A stretch of DNA of 61,559 nucleotides, the filler included, from Asterionella formosa (lineage: Eukaryota): NCBI GenBank assembly GCA_002256025.1. It is 9 parts of 9 records of this genome, joined end to end, with 100 filler letters (N's around TTAATTAATTAA, not from the genome) between each part and the next. Parts side by side here need not be neighbours in the genome. Positions count along the whole stretch, not along the records: positions 20,573 to 27,326 come from NKIB01012618.1; positions 27,427 to 34,175 come from NKIB01012619.1; 7 more parts are not named here. One strand, 5' to 3'. The translations under genes and the position numbers were made by a program. Below, piece by piece: positions 22,971-34,275 of the stretch (its first letter is position 1; every line of letters starts with the position of its first letter). Below the pieces are notes generated by a model. The model made no database searches. It was not told the origin of the DNA and saw nothing but the letters and a program-made list of their open reading frames with translations.

Positions 22971-24260
22971 ATGAGCAATGATAGCGACTCATCTGATGAT
23001 GATCGCCTCTACTATTTCCGCAAGATGCATCTTCCACAAAGAAGTGCAAATGATGCAAAGAAAATACAAAGTAGCGGTGGAGGTTCCAAGGTGGGCAAGG
23101 CTACTAACGTGAATTGCTTTCGTGCAGAGTACGACCAGCGGTTGAAGGATAACTATTTCGGCGAGAATCCAATCTAATCTCCTACACATTTCAGGAGGTG
23201 CTTCCGGATGCGTCGCTCCTTATTTAAAAAGATTCTTGAAGATTTGGTTGAGGCGAATCCATAATTTTTTGAACAGAAGAAAGATGCCTTGGGTCTGGTC
23301 GGATTTTCACCACATCAAAAGTTAACCTCAGCAGCGCTTCGAACGTTGGCTTTCGGGATTTCGACGGATCAGCTGGATGACCTCACAAGAATGGCTGAAT
23401 CGGCTACACTCCACAACCTAAAAGTGTTTTGTAACTCAATAATCAGCAGGTACAGAACAGAATATTTGCTAGCTCCTACAAATGACGATGTGGATGTGGT
23501 TCTATGTATCCATGAAACAAAGGATTGGCCGGAACTTCTTGGTTCATCGGATGTGATGTAGTGGGAATGGAAGAATTGTCCCAAGGCACACAGAGGAGAA
23601 ATTCAAGGAAAAGATTGACTGGCTACTGTTGCTATGGAATCTGTTGTTGATTGTAGACTTTGTTTCTGGCATGCATGGTTTGGGATGCCAGCTGATAACA
23701 ACAATCTCAATATTCTGGATTGTTCTCCGTTTTTCCGGGATTTGACAGCTGGAAGGAGAATTCCTGCCATCAACTTCATAATCAACAACAAAGAACACAA
23801 TCCAGGTTACTATTTGGTTGATGGCATCTATCCAGATTGGCACATTTTTGTAAAAACAATTTCGGAACCACAAGCAAGGTTCAAAGCGTGCACATTTTTC
23901 ATTGGTTCAAGAGACCCAACGCACAGACATAGAGTGAGCATTTGTTGTGCTACTGGCAAGGTGGAGGATCCTGCCACTTCCGTGCAAGCTTTGGTCAGTG
24001 GGTGCAATAAATCATGTCATCATTGCATGTATCATAGTACATAACATGATTATAGAAGATGAGTGGGACAAAAAAGACACAAACAAATATTTATTTGATA
24101 ATATTTAGGATGATGGCTTTTTGGTCAACAATGTGAATCAAAACCACAGTGTGCGTACTTTTCTAGATTTCAAAGCAATTCGAATGAGCTACATGAATGA
24201 AGGTGAGCATTTTCGATTGCGAAATGATTTGATTGAGCACTTGTGGACTCCAAATGAGGA
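22971..24260 (+). pseudogene. Harbinger transposase (plant-transposon-protein type) with stops and frameshifts
   Basis: YFGENPI*..FRRCFRMRRSLF, GFSPHQKLT, LGSSDVM*WEWKNCP, WHAWFGMPADNNNLNILDCSP, YYLVDGIYPDW, LRNDLIEHLW. Confidence 0.92.
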
Positions 24261-24464
24261 TTTAAAAAATATACTATCATCTTCTCTATTTTTATTTTTA
24301 ATCTATTGACACTTATAATGTAAATCGGAAACAATGAAATGATACTAGCAGAGTAATTAACAACCAAAATATTTTAAAACTCTAGTTGTTCAGTTTCTAG
24401 AATCGATTCATCATCATCAGTAGATGCTGATGGAGAAGTTGAAACATCTACTTCAGCAGAACTG

Positions 24465-25208
24465 CTAAACTGCAATAGTTTTTTTGGCCTTTTTGGCTGC
24501 CGGTTTCCAAATCGCAGCATCAATATCCTCCATTGCTTCTTGTGCCTTCATGGCAAACCACCTTTCTTCTTCTGCTGATTCACTATTCATTGAAAATATC
24601 TTGGTGAATGGGAACTCATCAAGTTGAGTTTTCACCTTTCTTTCAAGCATCATATCATGCTTCTGCTCAATGACAAGCTGAGCATTTGCAACATGTTTTT
24701 CAATCTTGGTGGCTTTTGCCCTCATGGGACACAACTCATACTTCAAATCTACAAGCTTCAATTTTGAATGGTCCTGAACATAACCGCAACCACCCTTCCA
24801 CTTCGGGGCTTCCTTTAAAATACGCCAACACCCATCGAAAAAAAATTCTTTGCTTAGCCTTTTCACTTTTCCTTCTAATTTAAATAGCTCCGTAGCTTCT
24901 TCAATGTATTTATCCTCCATCCATCACGATTTTGGAACACTTGTCATCTGTACAAAGAGGCTGCAGAACTTTGTGACGCCTTGATCTATCATTCCCCATC
25001 GAGCCGTGCATGCTGTTGAATTCCGCTTCTTGCCATCCGGGATGAGACCTTCATAGATCTCAAACACCTGGCCCCAAAACTTGCTTGTCTTCTGACCTGT
25101 CCCACCAGTGATTAAGTCTTCACTGGCTGCAACCCAGGACAAAGCAAGCGCCATCCTCTTCCTTCTCCCATGATGTAACACCTGAACCCTTACTGACAAA
25201 GTTGACAA
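24465..25208 (-). pseudogene. Harbinger ORF1 (Myb/SANT-like, NAM-associated region) with one in-frame stop
   Basis: LALSWVAASEDLITGGTGQKTSKFW...RW..I...VTKF, then KS*W, then FFFDGCWRILKEAPKW. Confidence 0.85.
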
Positions 25209-25787
25209 TGTTGAATAAATTATGCATATATTTATGAATCAACACCAAACACACACACATTGATGGTTGTATTAGTCTACATGAAGATTGAACTGAAAAT
25301 ATATTGCAACTATGTATGCACTCATTAAACCATAAACGTTAGGTTGACGGCGCAATCCACATTAAACCAATAGAAATGATTCTTTTATTTGGCTATGGTT
25401 GGAGTCTAATCGACCGAATACCTGATATTTGGTCAATAAGCAAGGGTGTCATCCTCGAACAAGACCATAGCATATTTGGTCTTGGTCGATGTGGTGGCTA
25501 AAATATTTTTGTTTTTTCGTCCAACACAACGAATAATGATGTTCAATGACTCCCAACTGCAATTGGCTTGGTATTTGGTCGATGTGATGGAGATGCTATA
25601 AGGGAACCAACAGACAATTGTGATAAAACGTCTTACGTCATAACATGTTTTATCAGATGCTTTATCGGGAAAATTTTATTTTTATCAGCCCTACATAAAG
25701 AAATGGCGCTCATCCTCACCGGTATTTGCTTAAAGGAAATGGAACGAAAGAACAAAGCACATTTCCCTCTGTCGAATCTTGTTGACC

Positions 25788-26531
25788 ATGACGTTCTACG
25801 TATTGCTTCGCTCTGTTGCTCTTCTTGCAGTCATTTCTTCGCCCTGTGAAGCTTTCATGCACACAACGAAATGTTTTCCTGTCTCGCCTAAACTTCAAGC
25901 ATTACCATCGATCGACGACTTGAGATCTGACGGATTTATGAAACAAGTTGGTCACGCTTCTGAACTAGTAGAGATGATTGGTAGCGACGACATGGAACAG
26001 TCCAAGCTGACAGATATGATCAAGGTACAGCTCTCGCATTCGGATGGAATTCGAGCATTTTTCGCCAACTATCTTACAAAGGCCGATGGACCAGCTGATT
26101 TGGAACAGGTACCAGCATTAGTTAATGCTGCCATGATGTCCATTGACGACCAGTCGGATCTAGTGGCAATTAGTTGTATGAACGTTATCATGCCAATTGC
26201 CATGTCTACCATTCACAAACAAGCTGAGTTGCAAATTAATTCTCGCAAGACAGCAGTTCGAGCGTTGAAGATATTAGTGGCGTTGAACTACAATCCTGAA
26301 GTAGAACGTAATTGCAAGGCCATCTATGCAGCTGCAACAGAGAATAAAAATATCGATTCGGAGCCTTCTTTGGTGGAGGTAAGTTGATTAGATCTGTATT
26401 GGGAGAACAATTGAGAAGGCTATACGACTAACGTCATGACAAAGTACTGGACCAAGTTTTTCGATAGGTATGGCTATCAAGAGCAGCAACGGAGCGACAT
26501 CGCAGACGCCATGAAAGCTTTTCTGTCATAG
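25788..26531 (+). CDS. Two-exon plastid-targeted protein resembling an uncharacterised cyanobacterial family (exons 25788-26378, 26445-26531)
   Basis: Signal peptide plus EAF motif. Intron 26379-26444 (GTAAGT, CTAAC branch point, AAAG). Motifs DGIRAFFANYLT, MNVIMPIAMSTIH, YWTKFFDRYGYQEQQ. Confidence 0.85.
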
Positions 26532-26645
26532 TGGCACATGATTACTATTTATTCAACCATTAACTGGATTGTGCAGTGGTATTACATCTTTTCTGTCATA
26601 GTGACACATGATTATTTCTTATTCAATCATTTGCTGGATTGTGCA
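26518..26645. repeat. Diverged tandem duplication, 70-bp period, spanning a stop codon
   Basis: TTCTGTCATAGTGRCACATGATTA...CTGGATTGTGCA at 26521 and 26591. Confidence 0.85.
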
Positions 26646-26792
26646 TTTCTTTTCCTGGAGGGCTCATCGACGATGTAGTAGTTCTGCTATGCTCGACGAA
26701 GTGAAGTGATCTCAATTTGACAGGAGAAAAAATCATAAAGCCAACCTTTTTTGTCTTCGCATCTACATAAATTTAATATTCGTTGCCCTATA

Positions 26793-27326
26793 CTAATCCC
26801 ACTTAGGGACACCGAAAGCAGCTCCTCCGCTGCCTAATGAACTACCGTGGGATGAGCCACCACGACGATGATCATCTTCGTCGTCGAATGATGTATCAGC
26901 ACAAGCTTGAATGAGCATTGTAATCGTCGCAAGGAAGGTAGCAATAAACATGACAGCACCTGCTCCCACAATATCCACGTCTTCTTCTTCGATCCACTTG
27001 TAGTGCACCCTGACATGCTTGCTTTTGTTATCTCCTATATGCGGCGTGCTGGAGATAGAGTGAATAGTTCCTGATTTCGAGTAAACAAATATCACTTCTA
27101 ATTTGTCCAAAATTTCAGCAGAAATAAAAGGGAGAGGCCGTAGACCTTCTTCAAACGCAAGGGCAAATTTCTCGGATACGTCAAATCCGGCAGTGGACGA
27201 CACGCCAAAGATTGGCATTTGGTGGCGCAGGGCGTCTTCTGCGGATGTTTCCGTCCGAATTATTGTATCTATGGCATCTCCGACTCGATAAGAAACACAA
27301 GCAAATGGAAGGCAGGAAAGAATAGA
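26793..27326 (-). CDS. Single-pass membrane protein resembling plant NPU (At3g51610), 5' truncated
   Basis: Frame is open to the gap: end of signal peptide, YRVGDAI...LRHQMPIFGV, then KHVRVHYKWIEEEDVDIVGAGAVMF and a TM helix. Confidence 0.7.
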   Translation of the reverse strand, partial: SILSCLPFACVSYRVGDAIDTIIRTETSAEDALRHQMPIFGVSSTAGFDVSEKFALAFEEGLRPLPFISAEILDKLEVIFVYSKSGTIHSISSTPHIGDNKSKHVRVHYKWIEEEDVDIVGAGAVMFIATFLATITMLIQACADTSFDDEDDHRRGGSSHGSSLGSGGAAFGVPKWD

Positions 27327-27426
27327 NNNNNNNNNNNNNNNNNNNNNNNNNNNNNNNNNNNNNNNNNNNNTTAATTAATTAANNNNNNNNNNNNNNNNNN
27401 NNNNNNNNNNNNNNNNNNNNNNNNNN
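27327..27426. other. Artificial contig linker
   Basis: N44-TTAATTAATTAA-N44. Confidence 0.99.
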
Positions 27427-27428
27427 CG

Positions 27429-30372
27429 CTGACAGACAAAGAGAAACAAGATGGTGTGGCAAAGCCCAGGGAGTTGCAGTACCCCCCGCGACATCCCGGC
27501 GCATATCTGACAAATTCGTTTACTGCTCGAGAGCAACCGCAGCACCAGCAGTATCCTCCACCTCACTATGATGGAGGTTCACGACCACATCCGACGGGGC
27601 GCGGAGCCGACTTTTCGCCCCGGGAACGACAATTTTACAGTAGTCGATCACGCGCAATGCCGACTGTATCTCCTGGCGGGGCAGACGCTCAGTACAGAAA
27701 CCATTACCCAACAGATGCGTCATCACGTTCTGCCGGTGATTCTGAGTTTGCTGCTCGGACTGGGGCCATCTATGGCCAAGCGCCTCCTTCATATGACAGC
27801 TTTAGGCCACCGCCGCAAGGGGACTATCGTGCTTTCAGTAATCAGCAACATTTCGGCTACAATAGTGGACCCTCATACCCACCAACTGGGCCCTACAACA
27901 GGGCTTACCCTCCCAGAGATGAGTTTCGTGGTGGCAACCCTGCAGCCTACCAACCGCCTCCGTATCTCCCTCGAGAATATCAGCAACGGCTTACTCCTCA
28001 CGATGCTCACTACCCAGAACAGGCAGGTGCAGTCACCCGTGCTGTCTCGTCGTCGTTTGACCGATCAATCAAGTCAAGGGAAGAGGCGGCCAATCATAGC
28101 AAGGCCTTTATGGAAATCAGAACACACTACCCTCCTCAATCACAGGAAGCGTCGGTTGGGGGTGCTTCCGAAGACTCATCGTGGCACAAACTAAATCAAG
28201 TTGCAAGTATCGACGACGCTGCGATTCAAGAACGATTGCTGAACAAGAACACACCACGGCATGCGAAAGAGCCTACGTCGACGTCATCGTCGCTTACAAA
28301 CTCTCCCAATGACGACAACAAGCTTCCACTGCCAACACCAAGTAAGTTGGCTGCTCTGGACTCGCTTTCGTCAGTAGCTTCGGGTCAAGAACCAATCGAT
28401 ACAAAAGTTGGCCCTCCGTCACCCGGATCGTCAACAGCCAGCTTGGATCTCATGAAATGTCACAGTGGGTCAAGTGGCTTGCTGCATGGATTTCCAGTTG
28501 CATTACATTCACGCGATATGTCGAGTGGCTCGCTTCAAATCCCTGCAGAGTATCGATTAGATAACAAGCGATCTAGGGAAAATCGTGGTGATTCGAATAC
28601 AAGTCTTAGCAAAGAGGTGGATCTTCGACGTGCACCTTCTGGTGACGGAACAATACCACACATAACCAAAAAACAAAAAAAAGGCAAAAAATCGCCTCTT
28701 GGAATTGATTGTAGTCCACCCTGTTCACCTGCGAGGGAGCAGTCACGTGATACAGGCAGAGGACGATCCATCGAACAAGGCAATTCATTCAACTCCTCGC
28801 CCAGTCAAAATTACTTTGACAAGCCCCCTATACATACGTATTCCATGGAATCTATGGGCCGTGGTGGATATCCACTTATGCGTCCTGGATCATCCACGTC
28901 GTCGACAGCAACTCCACACGAGGGACCCAGAGATACGATTGGCCCTACCTTGCCATCTTGGGATATTCAAGCGCAAGATTCCTTTGGAAACACAAGCATT
29001 GGTGTAGGGCCTGTGATGTCCAATTTTTCGTTCTCGAACGATTATCCCATGTTATCCGGAAGTGGAAGCAATTTAGAACGCCCCTCTGGAATTCCGCCTA
29101 GTTCAGATATTATCCATCATCAACGAAGCGGCCCTCCACCCCCTTTGCGCCATCCAACAGTCGAAACGAGAAATCCGTCCTTTGACAGTGGTAACTATCA
29201 TGGATCCTTTAATCGTACAGACACAATGGATAGTGGTGGTGGATACCATCGTCACATGCCACCTCCCCCAGGGTATCATGAACAGAATCACTTCAAACCG
29301 CCAGGTCCATACCCTCCACATCCACCCTCTTGGGGGCCAACGCAGCCACATCATGGACCACAGTATCCTGTCCCTCCGCCTCATGCACATTACAATCAGT
29401 TTAATCCTCGAACTGCTCCTCCCCCAACTCAGCGCTCACCTCATCGTGGTCCTTTTATGGGGAGCCGTAACTTTTCCGAAGACTCGGGGGCGCGAACATC
29501 GCCTCCTGTTCCTCATATGCTTGGTCGACATTCCTTTGTGCCTCCACCTGAGTTTTCAGCGCCACATAATCCTCATTTGGTGCGGCGTCCGCCTCCAGCT
29601 GTTTACATAATGTCAAGCACCGGGGGTGGCGGCCCACCGACAGAGCCCCATGCCCCAGGACATGCTCGACCTGGTACAGGCATTTATTCGTGGACCAAGG
29701 AAGACGATCGTCGTTTGACGGAAGTAATGACGAAATACAAGAATGCTCGGGATTGGGAACCCATTGCCAAGGAGCATGGACGAGGCAAAAGGTACGTTGA
29801 TGTCTCACGTGCGGTATGCTTGGATTACTATTTCCGTCGCGCTAACGATTGTCGTTTGTCACTGTAGCGCCAAAGAATGCCACGAAAGATGGATTCGTTA
29901 CCTTAAACCCGGTGTCCGCAAAGGACAATGGCAAGATCATGAAGATGCTATTGTGGTTGAAGCAGTGTCAACATCTTCCGAGCAGCCGTTCACTCGCTGG
30001 TCTGATTTGGCTCAAAGGCTCCCTGGTCGTGTAGGAAAGCAAATTCGTGATCGTTGGGTGAATCACTTAAATCCCGCGATTAATCATTTGCCGTTTTCAA
30101 AAGAAGACGACCTCTTATTGTGGAATGGGCACATGAAGCATGGGAAGAGATGGGTCGAAATCTCAAGCAAGTTCTTTGTTAATAGTCGTTCAGAAAATCA
30201 TATCAAGAACCGATGGTATTCGGCTTCCTTCAAGAAGTTCATTTCTAATGAATTTGGGCCCGATGCTTACACTGGTGGCAAAACTCAAAAGAAGGAGAAA
30301 GATCTTACAGGGAAGGATTCGATGGATGCAGACGCGGATGCAGAAACCGATGTTTCTGTTGAATCAATCTAA
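27429..30372 (+). CDS. MYB3R: Three-repeat MYB transcription factor with long Pro/Ser-rich N-terminus (exons <27429-29791, 29868-30372), 5' truncated
   Basis: Intron 29792-29867 (GTACGT, GCTAAC, TGTAG) joins GK-SAKECHERW. Repeats WTKEDD..W..KECHERW, KGQWQDHED..RW..GRVGKQIRDRWVNHLNP, FSKEDD..GKRW..RSENHIKNRWYS. Confidence 0.92.
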
Positions 30373-30623
30373 ATTATTTCAATTTGACTAAATGGGGGAA
30401 CTCACACGAGGCTGATTCTCAGACAATGGATTGATTATGATCCGTTCTGATATTTTTCCTTCATTTGAGGCTGCAATTTTGCCTTTTGGAAAGACATAAA
30501 TTGCCGGGCTAAGCAAAACACATTTTATTGTTACACATTTTTATTATGCTTGTGTAGTATGAGAAACAGGGGTTCGTTAGCCCTCCATAGCTGTTGTCAA
30601 GCGCTAAAATATCTGTAAGTCTA

Positions 30624-31551
30624 TCAAGGCAATCTCATAACATGCTTCATCAACACAGCTTTTTCGTGAGTAATTCCGTTTTCGTCGCTGTCGTCGACAA
30701 AATTTACCATTATAAAACTTCCTCCTCCTGCAACCTTCCTAGGCCCCTGCACTACTGACGCTTGATAAAATGACGTTGTATCCGGATAGACAGCATAGAC
30801 GCCATCACCTTTGGATAATCGTTCTATGCCTCCGAGAACCACCACTTGAGATTCAGGCAAATGAAATGTTTTGTTGCTTTCAAGGTCTTCATCGCTGAGT
30901 GTATACATGGCAGTCTCTTGATTATGTGTCATGACTTTGGCGAGAATCCAATCACTGCTCCCTGGTGTGACTTGAATCGCAGCAAGATCATTTGGTTTTG
31001 CTACACCGCTGATCTCGTACTCTCCCGTTTGCTTCAACAGTGCTTCCAGCGCCTGCAGGTCTCTGTCCAAGCGACCAACAGTGGCATCCACGAGAGCAAG
31101 TGTTTGATCCGCAATGGCAACCTTTTCTTCCGATTGTTGCAGAGCGTCTTTTCGTAAGTTTGAAATCTTCTGGAGAGCATCTTCGTCGTATAGATATTCG
31201 CTAAAGTCCTCGGTTGTTGGCACTACGAATTCGCCTGAGCCGGTCAAGACCTTGACCCCGGGCCGTCCATCCTTAGTCATGCCTAGTTCCAGTTGGTTCA
31301 TTTTCTCGTCACATTGTTTGGCGTACAATTGTTCTACTTGTCGGAGCTCTTCCGCAAGCACGCTGTAAATAAGTTGCGAAACGACGGATCAGCCAGAGGT
31401 ACTTCGATTGATGAAAGGACAGCTGCATGAAGGAGCAAACTTACGAACAAGACGTGTCCAGATCTCGCATGAGGTCAAGATTCCGTCTCACCTCATGAGG
31501 AAGAGTAGAAATATGCTCGATGAAGGATTCTAGGTACGTTTCGTCGCCCAT
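30624..31551 (-). CDS. SGF29: ING N-terminal coiled-coil fused to SGF29 tandem Tudor (exons 31551-31445, 31362-30624)
   Basis: ING-like YLESFIEHISTLPHEVRRNLDLMRDLD...SEEKVAIADQTLALVD...RLDRDL. SGF29-like WILAKV...YTLSDED...VYAVYPDTTSFYQASVV...VNFVDD. The GT-AG intron 31363-31444 keeps the frame. Confidence 0.88.
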
Positions 31552-31963
31552 AATGGCGCAGCTTGAGATGAACAAGAAACAAAGCAAGGGAGGAGGGACT
31601 ACCGGTTCAAGTATTTTAGTCCAAGAGCCAACTAAACTCTCGATGGCCGTGGTCTTGGCAGAAAAATGATGATCGCTCGACGATTCTTTTATAATACACC
31701 ACTGCTCCAGTTTATAACCATAGTACCGGTTTCTACGCACCGGGATTATAAGAATGATGATCAGCCATGGGCTGAGCGACAAATATTTGGTTCGATCTAA
31801 TCGGAGATACACATGAAAAATTGAGCAAGGTGGATGAGCGAAGTGAGAGAAATAATGGTCGTTTTTTTCCTCACATTTTATCCCAAAGCCGGCTTCGCTC
31901 ATTTTATTCGTTTCCTTTGTCTATGTATCATAATTCTTTGGCAACAAAGTCTCAGTACGACTT

Positions 31964-32932
31964 TTGAATATGTTCGACATCGCAATGATGAAGCGCAAGG
32001 CTTCCGGGATCAGGGACAAGGTCATTGGTCGATTCCGTAATATGAAATATGGAGAAAAGTCGAATGGGCGAGATATCCGACCACTCCTGAGGTCCAAACA
32101 GATCAAGATGACACCATGGGAGCAGCCTGAGCAACTGCTGACTCTGAACACTAAAAGCAAAGAAGGGAAAAATATGATGTCAAATTTCGCCATCTCTGGA
32201 TCTGCTGTTATTGCTACAACTTTTTCGGAGGACACACACAGCACCCGCTCGAGTCACCTGTCAAAAGACCTTTATCGCCAACAACATTCTCCTAGGGATG
32301 GCAGCCGCATTGTCCACCCTGTTGTTTGCAAGCGTGATATGTACGTCGAACTTCAAGAGAGCGACGAGAACTCTCAAGTCAGGAAGCAGGCGACTGACAT
32401 GTCACGGTCCAGCGGTCGCCAAGACTCATTCGATGATATTATGAATGATTATCAGGAGGATTTTCGTGACACCACCAATTCTTTGCCCTCTTATTCCGTT
32501 GCAGGATCGACGATATTCTCCAAAAAAGACGAAGGTGGCAAGATAGTGCCATTTACAAAGAGTCAGCTGGGTACTTTTATGGGTCCTCCCCAGTCTTCAG
32601 GTGTTCCACCTAATACCATCATGGCATCCATGCTTTTCCGCAACCTCGAAATCAATTCAGAAAAAAAAACATCGAGAAATGTATTGGATAATGATGGTGA
32701 GAAAGATGATGAGGAACGTGAAAATGAATTTAGCTACGAAAAGCGTGTCCCTCATAACATTCGCAAGCACCGTGAATATGAGCCTTCCAGTGTCTCCAGT
32801 GTGACGATGTATTCTTCTTACCAACATGACCCTGTAGTTCGCGCTTCGAATAAATTGTACAATATTTTGCGTGTCAAAAGTCTTCAGCAAGTCAACGCAG
32901 AAACTAATGATATTGGACTTTTCGAGGCCTAA
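31964..32932 (+). CDS. Hypothetical low-complexity protein
   Basis: 322-aa ORF divergent from the ING-SGF29 gene. No domain recognised. Confidence 0.65.
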   Translation: MNMFDIAMMKRKASGIRDKVIGRFRNMKYGEKSNGRDIRPLLRSKQIKMTPWEQPEQLLTLNTKSKEGKNMMSNFAISGSAVIATTFSEDTHSTRSSHLSKDLYRQQHSPRDGSRIVHPVVCKRDMYVELQESDENSQVRKQATDMSRSSGRQDSFDDIMNDYQEDFRDTTNSLPSYSVAGSTIFSKKDEGGKIVPFTKSQLGTFMGPPQSSGVPPNTIMASMLFRNLEINSEKKTSRNVLDNDGEKDDEERENEFSYEKRVPHNIRKHREYEPSSVSSVTMYSSYQHDPVVRASNKLYNILRVKSLQQVNAETNDIGLFEA

Positions 32933-33494
32933 TTCATTCACAATGTGCACTCTTGGAATAAAAGAATGAGTGTTGTTCGAGCGATTGCCAATTCACCTAT
33001 TGGGCTGCCATGCAATGCACATGCCACTTCGTTTCACCCTTGATCGTAGTCGGTCCCAACCATGCTGTTATACGACATCAAGTTGTAATGTTTCAAATAT
33101 ATGTTGAATCAATTATATTGGGAGTCCTCCTTTAGAGCAACTAGTACAGTAGTTGTTGGTTGCTGAGCCTCATTCAATATTGCTATCAAATTCTTTCCAA
33201 TCCATGGAGGGGAGATGAGTGTTGATATTCCTTCAGAAAGTGCATGTTATTTTACTTGGTCGTATGTTGAATTGGGAGCAACGTTGAGTCAATTTGTAGG
33301 TGTTCTTCACTCTTCCTATATTAACGGCAGCGAATCTCAAAGAATTTGATGATGTCAAGCTAATTCAAACTCTTCAGACATACATACTATTCATGGCAAC
33401 CCTTAGAGGTGACCCTAAGTATTAGAGTATACGTATTTTTCTCCAATAGGAGCGTAGATCTAGGACACGTATCGGGGATGCTGATTGTGAATGT

Positions 33495-34136
33495 CTAAGG
33501 GTTCGTAATAGCGTTATTGAAACTGTATGCTCTTCTCCGCATTTCGAATTGTTGCCGTTGACCATGATCCAAAAGTGCATTATTATCTGCGATGGCTAGT
33601 CGATATGCAAAAAGTCTTGGCGCTAAGCTTGCCTTGGTCGATAGGTCAGCAAGGCGCTCAGCAATTTCGTCGGGGGAAGTGCCGGACTGGATCATTTGGG
33701 ATTGGGCTTGAAACAAGCTCTTGATGAGAGCTTCTCTTAGAATATATCTCTGCCTTTGGTGGGAGAAGTTAATCCAACCCTCTAGGCCTCGTAGGGAGTG
33801 TCTAGACCATCGATCTAGTGCTTGTTGAGGGGTCTGATAGTCGGCCTCAAGAAGTGCGCTCAGTGGCGAGCACCTTGCCTCCAAACAAACCATTTTCCCC
33901 CTTTGCTTGAATAACTGAAAGTCAGCATTTGTAAAGTATAATGATTTTTTCTCATCACAGCTAATTTCGCGACGGAGTGGAACACAAAGATGGACAACCT
34001 CAAGATCCGCTTTGAACGTTACAGTCTTTTTGGTTGCTTTGCTCGCGCCTAGCTCCTCCGTTAAAGTCCTTGCCTTCGAGAGTACCTCGTTGTGATATGA
34101 AGAAGGACGCATCATGAGTTCATCTGTTGGATTCAT
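33495..34136 (-). CDS. Member of an expanded diatom-specific family of unknown function
   Basis: Family pattern KTVTF...EKKSLYFTNADF...LRGLE...ERLADLS...RLA..D. Confidence 0.75.
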   Translation of the reverse strand: MNPTDELMMRPSSYHNEVLSKARTLTEELGASKATKKTVTFKADLEVVHLCVPLRREISCDEKKSLYFTNADFQLFKQRGKMVCLEARCSPLSALLEADYQTPQQALDRWSRHSLRGLEGWINFSHQRQRYILREALIKSLFQAQSQMIQSGTSPDEIAERLADLSTKASLAPRLFAYRLAIADNNALLDHGQRQQFEMRRRAYSFNNAITNP

Positions 34137-34175
34137 TCATTTGATCTGCATTTGGCGAATAGGACCAACTAAGAA

Positions 34176-34275
34176 NNNNNNNNNNNNNNNNNNNNNNNNN
34201 NNNNNNNNNNNNNNNNNNNTTAATTAATTAANNNNNNNNNNNNNNNNNNNNNNNNNNNNNNNNNNNNNNNNNNNN
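34176..34275. other. Artificial contig linker
   Basis: N44-TTAATTAATTAA-N44. Confidence 0.99.

Larger units (their letters stand above)
22718..25598 (+). mobile_element. Complete PIF/Harbinger DNA transposon (2881 bp), inactivated
   Basis: 27-bp TIRs TAGCATCTCCAYCRCATCGACCAAATA with 2 mismatches. TAA TSD at 22715-22717 and 25599-25601. Subterminal CATCGACCA repeats. Two convergent ORFs. Confidence 0.93.

Noticed and set aside
24921..24926. Stop-codon readthrough or selenocysteine in Harbinger ORF1
   Set aside because: The TGA is one substitution from GGA, and the partner transposase also has several stops, so this is ordinary decay.
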